A stretch of DNA of 62,886 nucleotides, the filler included, from Octopus bimaculoides (Eukaryota): the NCBI RefSeq assembly GCF_001194135.2. It is 3 parts of 3 records of this genome, joined end to end, with 100 filler letters (N's around TTAATTAATTAA, not from the genome) between each part and the next. Parts side by side here need not be neighbours in the genome. Positions count along the whole stretch, not along the records: positions 1 to 28,073 come from NC_069007.1; positions 28,174 to 43,233 come from NC_068987.1; 1 more part is not named here. One strand, written 5' to 3'. The notes under the pieces were generated by a model. The model was given only the letters and a program-made list of their open reading frames with translations, did no database searches and was not told where the DNA came from. Positions within the stretch are counted from its first letter, which is position 1, and each line of letters opens with the position of its first letter. Shown piece by piece: positions 24,621-36,859 of this stretch. A program made the position numbers and the translations under genes.

Positions 24621-24718
24621 TAATATTAGGGACAAAATCCAAAATTACAGGTAAAAACTCAATTAAAATCAAATTAAATTGAGTTTTATAGATTAAAATA
24701 TATAGTTTTATGGAAAAT

Positions 24719-24955
24719 AACCAAATTTCAAGAACTCATCGATGAAAATCCACTATCACATATAGAAAAATTAATAATTAAAAGCACAATAAATGAGTAT
24801 AATATAAAACAAAGTAAATATCATAAGTTAAAGATAATATCTTTATCTTATGATATTTACTTTGTTTTATGTTATACTCATTTATTGTGCTCTTTAATTA
24901 TTAATTTTTCTATATGTGATAGTGGATTTTCATGATGAGTTCTTGAAATTTGGTT
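24719..24955. repeat. Near-perfect AT-rich palindrome, ~117-bp arms, 3-nt loop
   Basis: Centre TAAAGAT-AAT-ATCTTTA; few mismatches or indels. Confidence 0.9.
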
Positions 24956-24973
24956 CTTTTCCCTAAATCTATA

Positions 24974-25013
<40 letters not shown>

Positions 25014-25339
25014 TGTTGTTACATAGATGTGTAGAATTCTCTTATTACATGTATATACACTATGGCCATTGCATATATACTGTTATTTCATGGATATGCG
25101 TACTTTTGTTACCAGATGTATACACACTCTTGTCAATGCGCGCACTCACACGCACTACAAATGATCACATCATCTGGGACTATAAAAATCTGCAAGACCT
25201 TAAGTCTTAAAGGATAATGGTTAAAAACAAAATGCTTTCCTTCGCTACCAAGTGAGGGGCCGGTCAAATTTTGCTCTAAAATTAAAAATAAACTGAGAAG
25301 AATATACATAAACAAAAAGCCAAAAAGACCTCCTTCGGT

Positions 25340-25660
25340 CATGCACGACCATGGGATTGAACTTTGAAAGTTCCCTTCTGAGGCTCAAGTCCAGGTAAGG
25401 TTGTCTTATGGAAGACCAGCAGTTGCCCATGCATACCAACCTTACCTCTCTTAACCAGCGATGTTATCCAAGGGAAAGGCAAAGGCTGATACAGCTTGGC
25501 ACCAGTGACATCACAACTCATTTCTACAGCTGAGTTAACTGAAGCAACGTGAAATAAAGTGTCTTGCTCAAGAACACAACACACAGTCCGGTCCAGGAAT
25601 CAAATTCACAACCTCATAATTGTGAGCCTGATGCTCCAACCACTGAGCCATGTGCCTTCA
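25340..25660 (-). mobile_element. SINE family D-related copy
   Basis: GCAACGTGAAATAAAGTGTCTTGCTCAAG and a reversed tRNA-like head. Confidence 0.7.
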
Positions 25661-25846
25661 TGCTCACAGACACACACACACACACACATACCCATACTCC
25701 TTGTCTGTGTTCTGTAGATGTCATCTTTCTCTTGTTTGTTTTTGTTAATATATCCATGTCCAATAAATAAATACATTTCACTTGAGAAATGCATTCCTGT
25801 TCCTAATCCGTCCGTTCATCCATCCATCCATCCATAAATGTATATA

Positions 25847-26049
25847 CAGTAATCCCTCACCATATCGCGGTTTATTATTTAAGCTTATGTCAATTCCTCC
25901 ATGGTATTGTTTTGCATTTATGATAAAATAAATATATACAAATTATAAAAATTAAAAAAAAAATATATACAGTATGGTTTCTACTTCACGGATTTTCACC
26001 TATCGCAGGGTGTTTTGAAATGTAACACCCGCGATAGTCAAGACATTAC

Positions 26050-26051
<2 letters not shown>
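25847..26051. mobile_element. Tigger/pogo-type MITE
   Basis: TA|CAGTAATCCCTC..ATCGCGG ... CCGCGATAG...ATTACTG imperfect TIRs. Confidence 0.7.
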
Positions 26052-26085
<34 letters not shown>

Positions 26086-26364
26086 GATACACACACATAT
26101 CTGCACATTACAATTATCACATGCATATACACACTGTTATCACAACAATCATATACTCACTGTTGTCGTTAGTGACCTTGGTGGATCTTGAACCCAGAAC
26201 GCATAGGAATGTCACAAAATATCACAAGGTATTTTGTCGAATGCTTTATCAATTGAACCAGGCTCTCATCACACGATCGATCAATCATGCATAAGAAGTA
26301 AGATCTAATTAAAATTGTAATACCGTATCAATCTCCAACACAAAAAATTATTTCTGCTGCTTTC

Positions 26365-27300
26365 ACTGGCAGGGAGTTGAACCACTGCTATCTCTAGCAG
26401 TCAAGCGTCAATCATTGATAAGAGCAGGGAATGTTGAAACCACATGATCTGCCCGGCAGATGGCGAGGATTTATCTCCTTGTTAGCATTTTGTACCAAAA
26501 GCCTGAGAGTTTCTCTCATGGTATCAACCATAGTATAAGTTTGTTCTTACACAACATCCACGTTTATTTGAGGATAAATATTACTTTGCAGTATTAATAC
26601 TGTCTCTGTTTCTAATATACATTCTTTAACAAGCTCACTGGCTAATCATGACACCAGTATCTGTTCTGGCATTGTCAATTTATATATCACTGGTGAGGAG
26701 ATGAATTGCTGCTATCTCTAGTGGTCAAGCATCCATCATTGACAGGACCAAGGAAGGTCAAAATCATTAGATTTGGTTGTTCTGGCATTGGAGGTAATGA
26801 GAATTTATACCCCACTCCCACTAGTGATATAAACAAGAGTACATTTTGTATCAAAAGCCAACATGAGAGCATTCTCTCATGGTAACTGCTGCAGTATGGT
26901 TTGTTCTAATAGAACACCCACATTTAACTGGGGATAAATATTATGTCTCGGTATTAACACTGCCGCTGTTGCTAATATATATTCTTTAACAAGCTAAATG
27001 GCTAATCGTTACATCAGTGCCTGTTCTAGTACTGTTATTCTATTCAACACTGGTGGGGAATGAGTCACTGCTATCTCTTGTGGTCAAGCGTCCATCATTG
27101 ACAAGACCAAGAAAGGGCGAAATCATATGAACTGGTGGTCTCGGCGCTGGAGATGGCGGGGATTTATATCGCCATTAGCGATATAAACAAAAGGGCATTT
27201 TGCAGCAAAAGGCAATATTAGAATTTTCTCATGGCTCCAACAGTGCATCCATGTTTAAGTGGGGATAAATATTACCTCACGTGAATACTGTCTCTCAAAG
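26365..27300. repeat. Three diverged tandem units of ~320-360 bp
   Basis: Units start CACTGG at ~26365, 26688 and 27048; recurring CTGCTATCTCT..GTCAAGC, CTCATGG and GGATAAATATTA. Confidence 0.8.
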
Positions 27301-27831
27301 TCACTTCCCTTGTTATTTACAAGAGTTGCCTCCCTTGAAATATTCTTCAGCCAAGGTGTTTTTTTTTTTTTTTTTTTTTGCATTTGATGAGATGTCTAGA
27401 ATAACAATACCGAACCGGCACCCTTATTCGATATTTCCAGAAATCCGGCAATACTGCGCAATATCGTACAATATACCGTACTCTGTATTGAGTAAACAAA
27501 CCCTGTATCTGAAGTTAGTTAATTTGCATAAGTTGTGTTAAAAATAGTTTCATACTTCACATTTAATCCTCTACTTTTTCTAGTCATTTGATCACGGATG
27601 TGCTGAGGCATGGCCTTGAAGAATTCTTAGTTGCATGAATTAATTCCAGTGCTTCTTCTTCTTCTTATTATTATTACTTAAAACCTGGAACTTATTGTGG
27701 AGACGCGTGGTCTAGTGGTTAGGCTATTGCATTCACCATCGCTAGATTGTGGGTTTGATTCCCTGATTGTGCAGCATGTTGTCTTCTTCAGCAAAACACT
27801 TTCTTTTATGTTGCTCCAGTCCCCTTTTCGA

Positions 27832-27863
<32 letters not shown>

Positions 27864-28073
27864 CTCTTTTACTCTTTTATTTGTTTCAGTCATTTGACTG
27901 CGGCCATGCTGGAGCACCGCCTTTCCTCGAGCAAATCGACCCCGGGACTTATTCTTTGTAAGCCTGGTACTTATTCTATCGGTCTCTCTCTGCCGAACCG
28001 CTAAATGACGGGGGCATAAACACACCAGCATCGGTTGTCAAGCAATGCTAGGGGGACAAACACAGACACACAT

Positions 28074-28173
28074 NNNNNNNNNNNNNNNNNNNNNNNNNNN
28101 NNNNNNNNNNNNNNNNNTTAATTAATTAANNNNNNNNNNNNNNNNNNNNNNNNNNNNNNNNNNNNNNNNNNNN
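28074..28173. other. Artificial scaffold-join spacer (44 N + TTAATTAATTAA + 44 N)
   Basis: Exactly 100 nt, with stops in all six frames; identical to 43234-43333. Confidence 0.9.
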
Positions 28174-28231
28174 GAACAGTCGGGCAAAATGCCGCTGAAA
28201 CGCCTCGCACATCTTGCTCGGCTCGAGCAAT

Positions 28232-28315
<84 letters not shown>

Positions 28316-28789
28316 CACAAAAGTTCAGACCTTCTATCGATGTAGTAAAGAATTATGTTTGAGTTTAAATTGGACCGAAGTTTTCTTCATTTAACATTCT
28401 TCCTAGATCGATAAACTAAGACACCAAATGTGAAGTACTGAGGGTATTATATATCGAACGTACACATCTTCAGATATTTCTAAACACCTGGCTATATCAG
28501 AAATGTTATTATTATGCTATTACAAGGCGGAGAGCAAGAAGAATCATTAGCATGCCGGACGAAATGCTGCTAAACATTATGTCCCTCTTTACAGTCTGAG
28601 TTCTAATTCCACTTTGCCTTCTATCCTTTCAGGGTCGGTAAATTAAGAACTAGTGAAGCACTGTGATTGATGTAATCACTTTACCCAACTCACCCAGAAT
28701 TCTAGGTCTATAGCAGACAGGATAATGAAAGTATTACACGCTAAGTAAGTTAGCAGGGATTCTATCTTGAGATTTGTGACATGTCTCCT

Positions 28790-29200
28790 CAAACCTCAAG
28801 AACCTTTCCAAGGATTCTTTTAGAATACAGGGTGATACTTGTTTGTAGGTCAACAATGCGACCCTCAATTCCAATATCTTTCCCTCCCTTAGTTAACGTT
28901 TTTGGTTGTTATGCTAAGTGCATCAATTACCACGGATATAATTAATGTTTTAGTCTTGTGTTGTCTCTTCAGCTCTCTGACAAGATCCTAATATTTATCG
29001 ATTTTATTCAATTTCTTTTGGTATCAATTCTGTTATCATAGGAAATTGCAAAATCTAAGATCTCACACTGATAGTTTAATTTATCCTCTATAATCATATC
29101 TGGTCTTCTTTCTTAAGTACAATACTCAGTCTTATAAGAACCTGTCATTCTTATTCTTTATCGCAGCATCTGTTTCGTCTTCATACCAGTATCCTGAAAC
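28790..29200 (-). mobile_element. Old R4/Dong-like 3' fragment
   Basis: Reverse strand gives RRPDMI, ILDFAISYD, IDKY.DLVRELKR and LQTSITLYSKRILGKVLEV*. Confidence 0.65.
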
Positions 29201-29265
29201 TTCGAAGCTACACTTTCGGCTAATATTTCAATGCATTACCACAACCACAACAACACCAACTGCTG

Positions 29266-29332
<67 letters not shown>

Positions 29333-29404
29333 AGAAGACAGCAAACTGGGAGAATCAGGAAAACAAAATGTCATGAGTTCAGATAAAAATAATAATAATA
29401 ATAA

Positions 29405-29615
29405 TAATCCTTTCTACCAAAACGCACAAGGCCTGAAATTCGGTGGTGTCAGGGAACTAGTCGATTGCATCGACACCACTGTTTCACTGGTACTTGATTT
29501 ATCGACTTCGAAAGGATGGAAGGTAAAGTCAACCTCGGTGGAATTTGAACTCAGAACGTAGTGACAAGCGAAATACCGCTAAGCATTTCGCCCAGCGTGC
29601 TGATGATTCTGCCAG
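29405..29615 (-). mobile_element. SINE family B
   Basis: Flanked by (AAT)n on both sides. Confidence 0.85.
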
Positions 29616-29638
29616 CTAACCACGTTAATAATAATAAA

Positions 29639-30473
29639 GGATTTTTAATTGCTGCACAAGACCAAAGCCTCCCCACCAGAAATTACCAAAAACACATAAT
29701 GAAAAGAAACATAACAAGTAACTGTAGAATATGTGGAGATGGACAAGAAACAATAAATCATATTATCTCTGGCTGCCCAGTCCTGGCTAAGAAGGAATAT
29801 ATTCACAGACATGACAGAGCTGGGACCTATATACACTGGAAGCTATGCCAACACTATGGAATAACAACAGAAAAAGGATGGTATAAACACACGCCAGAAA
29901 AGATCACAGAAAACGAGAAAGCAACCATACTCTGGGATATGCCAATACACACAGATAGAGAAATTAAGGCAAATAGACTAGATATAGTTGTCAAAGATCA
30001 TNNNNNNNNNNNNNNNNNNNNNNNNNNNNNNNNNNNNNNNNNNNNNNNNNNNNNNNNNNNNNNNNNNNNNNNNNNNNNNNNNNNNNNNNNNNNNNNNNNN
30101 NNNNNNNNNNNNNNNNNNNNNNNNNNNNNNNNNNNNNNNNNNNNNNNNNNNNNNNNNNNNNNNNNNNNNNNNNNNNNNNNNNNNNNNNNNNNNNNNNNNN
30201 NNNNNNNNNNNNNNNNNNNNNNNNNNNNNNNNNNNNNNNNNNNNNNNNNNNNNNNNNNNNNNNNNNNNNNNNNNNNNNNNNNNNNNNNNNNNNNNNNNNN
30301 NNNNNNNNNNNNNNNNNNNNNNNNNNNNNNNNNNNNNNNNNNNNNNNNNNNNNNNNNNNNNNNNNACAGTAAACATAAGAGCACCACAGCAAACCACAGC
30401 TCATACCCAAGGCGCACAGAGCTGCGCTCGGTAGTGAAGTGAAAGCACGTTATAAAAATAAAACTACTGAACC
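29639..30473 (+). mobile_element. R4/Dong-like retrotransposon, 5'-truncated 3' part (CCHC knuckle and REL endonuclease)
   Basis: AAQDQSLPTRNY..CRICGDGQETINHIISGC..EYIHRHD..LWDMPIHTDREIKANRLDIVV; ends in (TAA)n; contains a gap. Confidence 0.9.
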
Positions 30474-30551
<78 letters not shown>

Positions 30552-32707
30552 TACCATCGAGCTGCTTCTCTTCCTCCAACTATTCCCTTCAACCATCACA
30601 TATTTGTGATTATCTCAAGTACAAGGGATAAGTCGAAACTAAACAACATTTAATTATACCAGTAGCAACGACGGCAGATTTAAATAGATACCTGTTATAC
30701 TGTCGCCATGGCTACATAGGTTAGCCACAACGATACAGACAATAGTGGCAGGGACGGCAATCGTCTCTACATCTGCCACAACACTGGAATATCAATACTG
30801 ATAATTTTAATGAAGCACAAATATGTCTTACGAAACAAAAAGGAAAACTAAAGCAATACATCAAATCGCTTCTCCTGTGGTTAATCTGAAAGCGCGTCCC
30901 CCAGGAGAGAGCCAGCCTGGGGTCGAAAAGTCATCCACTGGCACAAACTATTGTCTGAATACGAACCAGGATAGTCTCTTGAACGGAAACTGCCCCAGCT
31001 CGAGCCTTCTCAGTCCACCAACACGCCCACCTCAGAAGGAAAAATGTAAGAGGATCAGATGGACCCGAGAAGAGTATACAGAAGTAATATATGTCTATTA
31101 CTATGCATTAGGCTGGTCATCTGAAGAGAAACACATCGTACACTCTTATCAAATATGGAGAAGACGAAATCAAGACAGCAGACTATATTTGGACGAAAAC
31201 AAGTTAGCAAATGTTAGGAGGGATATCCTCAGAAATAAATGACTCACAGATAATGATATAACTGAAGTCAAGTACGCAGCGGAAAATGACCTAAATATAA
31301 GACAACAGGGAAATGAAGAACCAGACGAAGAGAGCAACTCTCCACAAGTATCAGTTGAAAGACTGCCATCTGACCATAACACGTAAACGTCTGGAGAAAT
31401 AAATTGTAATGAACCTGATAAAGATAGGGAGGAAAATTGTAAAGAAACTATATTTGAAGACTACACATTTATTGAAGAACATAGAGAGTCTATGATAGAA
31501 CTGAAGCAGAAAATCCTGAATAAGCTTGAAGTTGTAAGACACGCCAATATGCATGGTAGAGAACCACTTCATAAGCTCTCAAATACAATCCAAAATAGAA
31601 AGCTAATTAAAATTGGAAACTATGTAACAAAGGAAATTATAAAATCCTGAATAAGCTTGAAGTTGTAAGACATGCCAATATGCATGGTAGAGAACCACTT
31701 CATAAGCTCTCAAATACAATCCAAAATAGAAAGCTAATTAAAATTGGAAACTATGTAACAAAGGAAATTATACAAGAACTAAAACCAGATCTCACTGAAT
31801 TAAATGACAATGACTCTGAAAAAAAAAGCAAAGAAATACAAACCTGAGAAGAATTCCAAACTGGAAAAGTAAACTTGGAAAAGAGATTGAAATAATGAGA
31901 GGTGAAATATCAATATTGAATGAATTAATCTGAGGAAACAACGTAAAAGCCATAAAGGAAGAAAGATAAGGAGAAAGCAGATTCTCACTAAGAGAAGAAC
32001 TGCTTTCAGCAAAAGAAACACTGCTACAAAAATTCCAAGCAAACGCTCAAAGAATACGAAGATTTGAGAAGAGAAACAGATTTTACAAGCAAAATAACCT
32101 GTTCACATCCAATGCGAAAGCATTTCACAGAAGGAGAAAATGACCATTAATGACCCCACTCCCTGCCATGGAAGATGTTGAAAACTTCTGGAAAAATATC
32201 TGGAGTGATGATAAGACTTACAATGAAAATGCAGACTGGATTAAATGCACAGACAGATTCTACCAAAACTTCCCAGAACAAGCATGAGAAGACATCACAA
32301 TAGTAGACCTAAGGATGACACTCACGAAGGCTCAGAAGTAGAAATCCCCTGGTAATGATAGGGTGCCAAATTTCTGGCTCGCCTCGCTCCTGTGCGCACA
32401 TGAAAAGTTAGTCCAGTTATTCAATGAAAATATGAGAGATCCTACGAAAACACCTGATTGGTCAGCAAGAGGTATTACTTACCTACTCCCGAAGAATAAT
32501 GAAACCAAATTTCCCCCCAAAATATCAGCTCATAAAATGTTTATCTACCATGTATAAAATTTCAACATCCATCGTCTTGGAGAAGACATACAAATTTATG
32601 GAACAGAACGATATTTTCCCCATTGAACAAAAAGGGTACCGACGAGGCTCATATGGATGCAAATACCAACTCTTAATCAGTCGTATGATGCTTGAGAACT
32701 GTCATAA
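30552..32707 (+). mobile_element. R4/Dong-like retrotransposon 5' part (Myb-like N-terminus and start of RT), disrupted
   Basis: KRIRWTREEYTEVIYVYYY; GITYLLPKNNET, CLSTMYKI, EQKGYRRGSYGCKYQLLI; stops and frameshifts; runs into a gap. Confidence 0.85.
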
Positions 32708-33094
32708 NNNNNNNNNNNNNNNNNNNNNNNNNNNNNNNNNNNNNNNNNNNNNNNNNNNNNNNNNNNNNNNNNNNNNNNNNNNNNNNNNNNNNNNNNNNNN
32801 NNNNNNNNNNNNNNNNNNNNNNNNNNNNNNNNNNNNNNNNNNNNNNNNNNNNNNNNNNNNNNNNNNNNNNNNNNNNNNNNNNNNNNNNNNNNNNNNNNNN
32901 NNNNNNNNNNNNNNNNNNNNNNNNNNNNNNNNNNNNNNNNNNNNNNNNNNNNNNNNNNNNNNNNNNNNNNNNNNNNNNNNNNNNNNNNNNNNNNNNNNNN
33001 NNNNNNNNNNNNNNNNNNNNNNNNNNNNNNNNNNNNNNNNNNNNNNNNNNNNNNNNNNNNNNNNNNNNNNNNNNNNNNNNNNNNNNNNNNNNNN

Positions 33095-33376
33095 CTGAGT
33101 GTATGTTTCGAGTCGCTTCGGCTGTAGAGTTTCCTTTTTTGTACTCATAAAACATTATGTGCCTCAAATGCTCTTTGGATGCTTCCATGTTAGAAAGGGT
33201 TTTAATCAAAGAAATTTTAATACTATTATTCAGTAAAATAATATTTAATTAGTTTAAATGTACACAAATGCATAAAAATAATTTTTAATTGCATTAGACA
33301 TTCTAAAGTACTATTAAATTTCATTCAATTTTAAAAAAGGTAAAATCGGACAGAACTTATGGGATGACCGGATATA
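33095..33376 (-). mobile_element. mariner-family element 5' end (ITR and transposase N-terminus)
   Basis: MEASKEHLRHIMFYEYKKGNSTAEATRNIHS resembles the mariner HTH start; ITR-like end next to TA. Confidence 0.8.
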
Positions 33377-33609
33377 ACCCCCGCCCACAGGAATGCCCTT
33401 CACCGATACACACCACACAAACATGCAATGAGGGGAATTTGACAGTGAGGAACTCAAACGGCAAAACAGTGCTGATGGTAAGAAAAGGATAATAAACACA
33501 ATGATATCAAGTAAAAAACTACTGGAAGATATGTACGAATGAGGAAGATCCTTCTGAGTAACGATACTTCAACAGCACCCAAGTAGTGGCCACAAAAGGA
33601 GCACTTCGT

Positions 33610-33920
33610 CGGTTACGACGACGAGGGTCCCAGCTGATACGATCAACGGAACAGCCTGCTCATGAAATTAACGTGCAAGTGACTGAGCAGTCCACAGACA
33701 CGTGTACCCTAACGTAGTTCTCAGGGAGACTCAGCGTTACACATAGCGTGACAAGGCCGGCCCTTTGAAATACAAGTACTAATCATTTTTGCCAGCTTAG
33801 TGGACTGGAGCAACGTGAAATAAAGTGTCTTGCTCAAGGATACAACAAGTCGGCGGGAATCGAACTCACGACTTTACGATAGTGAGCTGACTGCCCTAAC
33901 CACTAAGCCACGCGCCTTCA
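33610..33920 (-). mobile_element. SINE family D
   Basis: Reversed head GGCGCGTGGCTTAGTGGTTAGGG..GTTCGATTCCC. Confidence 0.85.
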
Positions 33921-35249
33921 CTCAATAGTTCTAGCTGACTGCCCTAACCACTAAGCCACGCGCCTTCACTCAATAGTTCTGGCCACAATAGAACTATTAA
34001 AATTACCATTTCCAACTATTACCACCATTACAAGCTCGGTAACAACCTAATTTACACACACATACACACACACACACGCACAAACACACACACTCAAACA
34101 CAAACACCGCATTAATACTCAGGAGTCAAACACCACTTAACACGTAAAAACAATGAAATTATACCAAACGGCCATAAACATAAGCAGCGAAGAACCACAC
34201 AAACAAACATGAAAGCGTCACAAACTTTACTAATAGATTCCAGGATATAAAATAGCCTCCAAATATTATAACGCAATTTTTACATTTAAAATAAAAAATT
34301 AAACACCTGAATTGAACAGGTGACTTCAGGTGAAATGTAAACAAAAGACCTTATAAAAACTTGTGAAATCACCAACGACCAGTTTGGGGTAACGGAATGC
34401 TAGTTTTCTGATAGGAATCAGTTGACAGTGTTTTTTCATCTTTTCTCTTCCGACAAATCAATAGGCAGAATAAATCGGTGTGAAATCGGTGTGACTCGGG
34501 ATTGCCATGGAAGTAGAACGACCTGCACAAAACCTCACTAGATATAGATGCAGTGGCCATCAGAAAGAACAGAATTTTCAAGCTACGAGCGTTCTCGAGA
34601 TTTGTTGGTGGATACGAGATGTACACAACTCTAAGTTGCGCGGAATTGGAAGCTGGTGTGGTTGTTTCTTCAGAAGTTTCTGAAATAACAACCATACGGA
34701 TAAAAATATGTAGGTTGATCTATTAAATGTTTCTTTTATCTCAATGTTGGTTTCCTTTCATTTCTCTTAATTCTTTCTTGAGTACATACGTACAGTTGAA
34801 TGATAGAGATTATTTATTCTGGGTAAAAAAACAATGGATCATATACTGGTTGTGATAGAATTCAGATGTAATACTTTCTGTGTGTACAAGGCTAGCAATT
34901 TCGAAACGAGAGTGCTAGTCGATATCTCTTTTACTCGTTGATTCAGTCATTGGAGTGTGGCCATACTGGTGCACCGCCCCTCTGGTATTTATAAGCCTGG
35001 CATTTATTCGTTCAGTACCTGCCAAACTGCTAAATGACTGGAAGAGAAACAAACCAACACCTATTGTTACAGTGCCAGTCTAAATACTTGCCGGGATTTC
35101 GAATGTTTATACGTTCTATATTTATATCCGACCAAAGTCGAATTTGCTTTTCATCCGTCTGGGATCGATATAAAAAAATCCTAGTCGAGCAATGGGGTCG
35201 ATGATCATGCATTTCTTGATGATTAATTTGTTGTTCATTTCCTTTTTCT

Positions 35250-35301
<52 letters not shown>

Positions 35302-35304
35302 GTA

Positions 35305-35570
35305 TGTAAGTTTATTGTTTAACTTCATTCCAGGCAACCTTAGAGATCTACATGGCATTGATATGGAAGTTTTCAAGGACCGTCTGGACTGGTTTCTGAA
35401 ATACCAGATGATCTCACATCGCAGCAGGAGACACAAAGAGGAGCAGCTCCGTCCAACTCGCTACTTCATCAAAAGCAATATCGGAAACAACATCGAATAA
35501 TTACAGGTGGTGCACCAGCAGGACCTCAGCCCTAGGCTGGAACCAGTAGAAGATAAAAGATAAACAATAA
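35305..35570 (+). mobile_element. CR1/L2-like LINE 3' fragment
   Basis: LFNFIPGNLRDLHGIDMEVFKDRLDWFL resembles CR1-group ORF2 C-termini. Confidence 0.6.
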
Positions 35571-35636
35571 AAGATAAACAATAAAAGATATATCTATATA
35601 TGTGTGTGTGTGTGTGCGTGTATGTGTATGTGTATG

Positions 35637-35671
<35 letters not shown>

Positions 35672-35994
35672 GTGTATGTAGGTATGTATGTATGCATGTA
35701 TGTATGTATATGCACAAGGACTTTAAAATTTCTGGTTTGGTACTAATTTATCCTGCGAGGGTGGGTTTGACTCCCGGGAGTGATGGCAACTAACCTAGGT
35801 GATGGAGAACTCTAACTGAAAAATCTGGCACCGACTTTCTGCTACCAGCATTTCCGAAAAGTGTGACTGGTCCTACTGGAGTCTTTGCCGCTTAAAATAA
35901 AATCATCTTTGTGGGTTTTTCAAGAGCTATGTAAGGCTATTTGACTCTATACATCGAAATTCATAGGAGAATCTACTAGATATGTTTATCTGCA

Positions 35995-36052
<58 letters not shown>

Positions 36053-36157
36053 NNNNNNNNNNNNNNNNNNNNNNNNNNNNNNNNNNNNNNNNNNNNNNNN
36101 NNNNNNNNNNNNNNNNNNNNNNNNNNNNNNNNNNNNNNNNNNNNNNAAGAGAGAGAG

Positions 36158-36200
<43 letters not shown>

Positions 36201-36299
36201 GTGCGTGTGTGTGTTTATGTTTGTAAGGCTTACACGCACTTTCTGTCTACAAGATCCAATCGCAAGGCATTGGATCGGTCCGAGTCCCTGAAGTAAGAC

Positions 36300-36668
36300 T
36301 TGCACCATATATCACGAAGCGGGACTGAACTTGAAGCCAATTCATCATGTAGTTACTTCTTAACACACTGCTATGCTTCAAGTCCAAAGTTCGGAACATG
36401 CTTTACATCAGGTCTGGACATCGCGAATTACATTGCGAGCCACTTTAATCACAGAAAGCTTTTCGAGGGCCGCTTGTATACTACACAATTGAAAGCATTT
36501 TGCTTTTTCATGCTATTATTTCTTTTTTTTTTTTCATTACAATCTTTAAATGTTGACATCTTAAAAACGCTTGTTTAAATAAACCCATTTCAAGAAAGTA
36601 TCAAGCGGGCCGCAAGATAAAAGTATGCGGGCGGCATGCGGCCCGCGGGCCTCAGGTTGGCTGGCCCT
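36300..36668. mobile_element. hAT-type non-autonomous element end
   Basis: GCGGCCCGCGGGCC..GGTTGGCTGGCCCTG terminus. Confidence 0.55.
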
Positions 36669-36859
36669 GTCTTAGATATTCTGTAATCCTATTGTTGTCC
36701 CTAATCTCTATGATTTATAATCTAATACAACCTAACCGACACTATTCCCGCCACATGCGGATAAGTACAATACGCATTTTCTCTTCCTAAAACAGTCTTG
36801 ATGTTTAGTTTGAGGGCGCTTTGGCTGGTAGTTCTGGCAGATTGAGCGAGCACGTAGAG

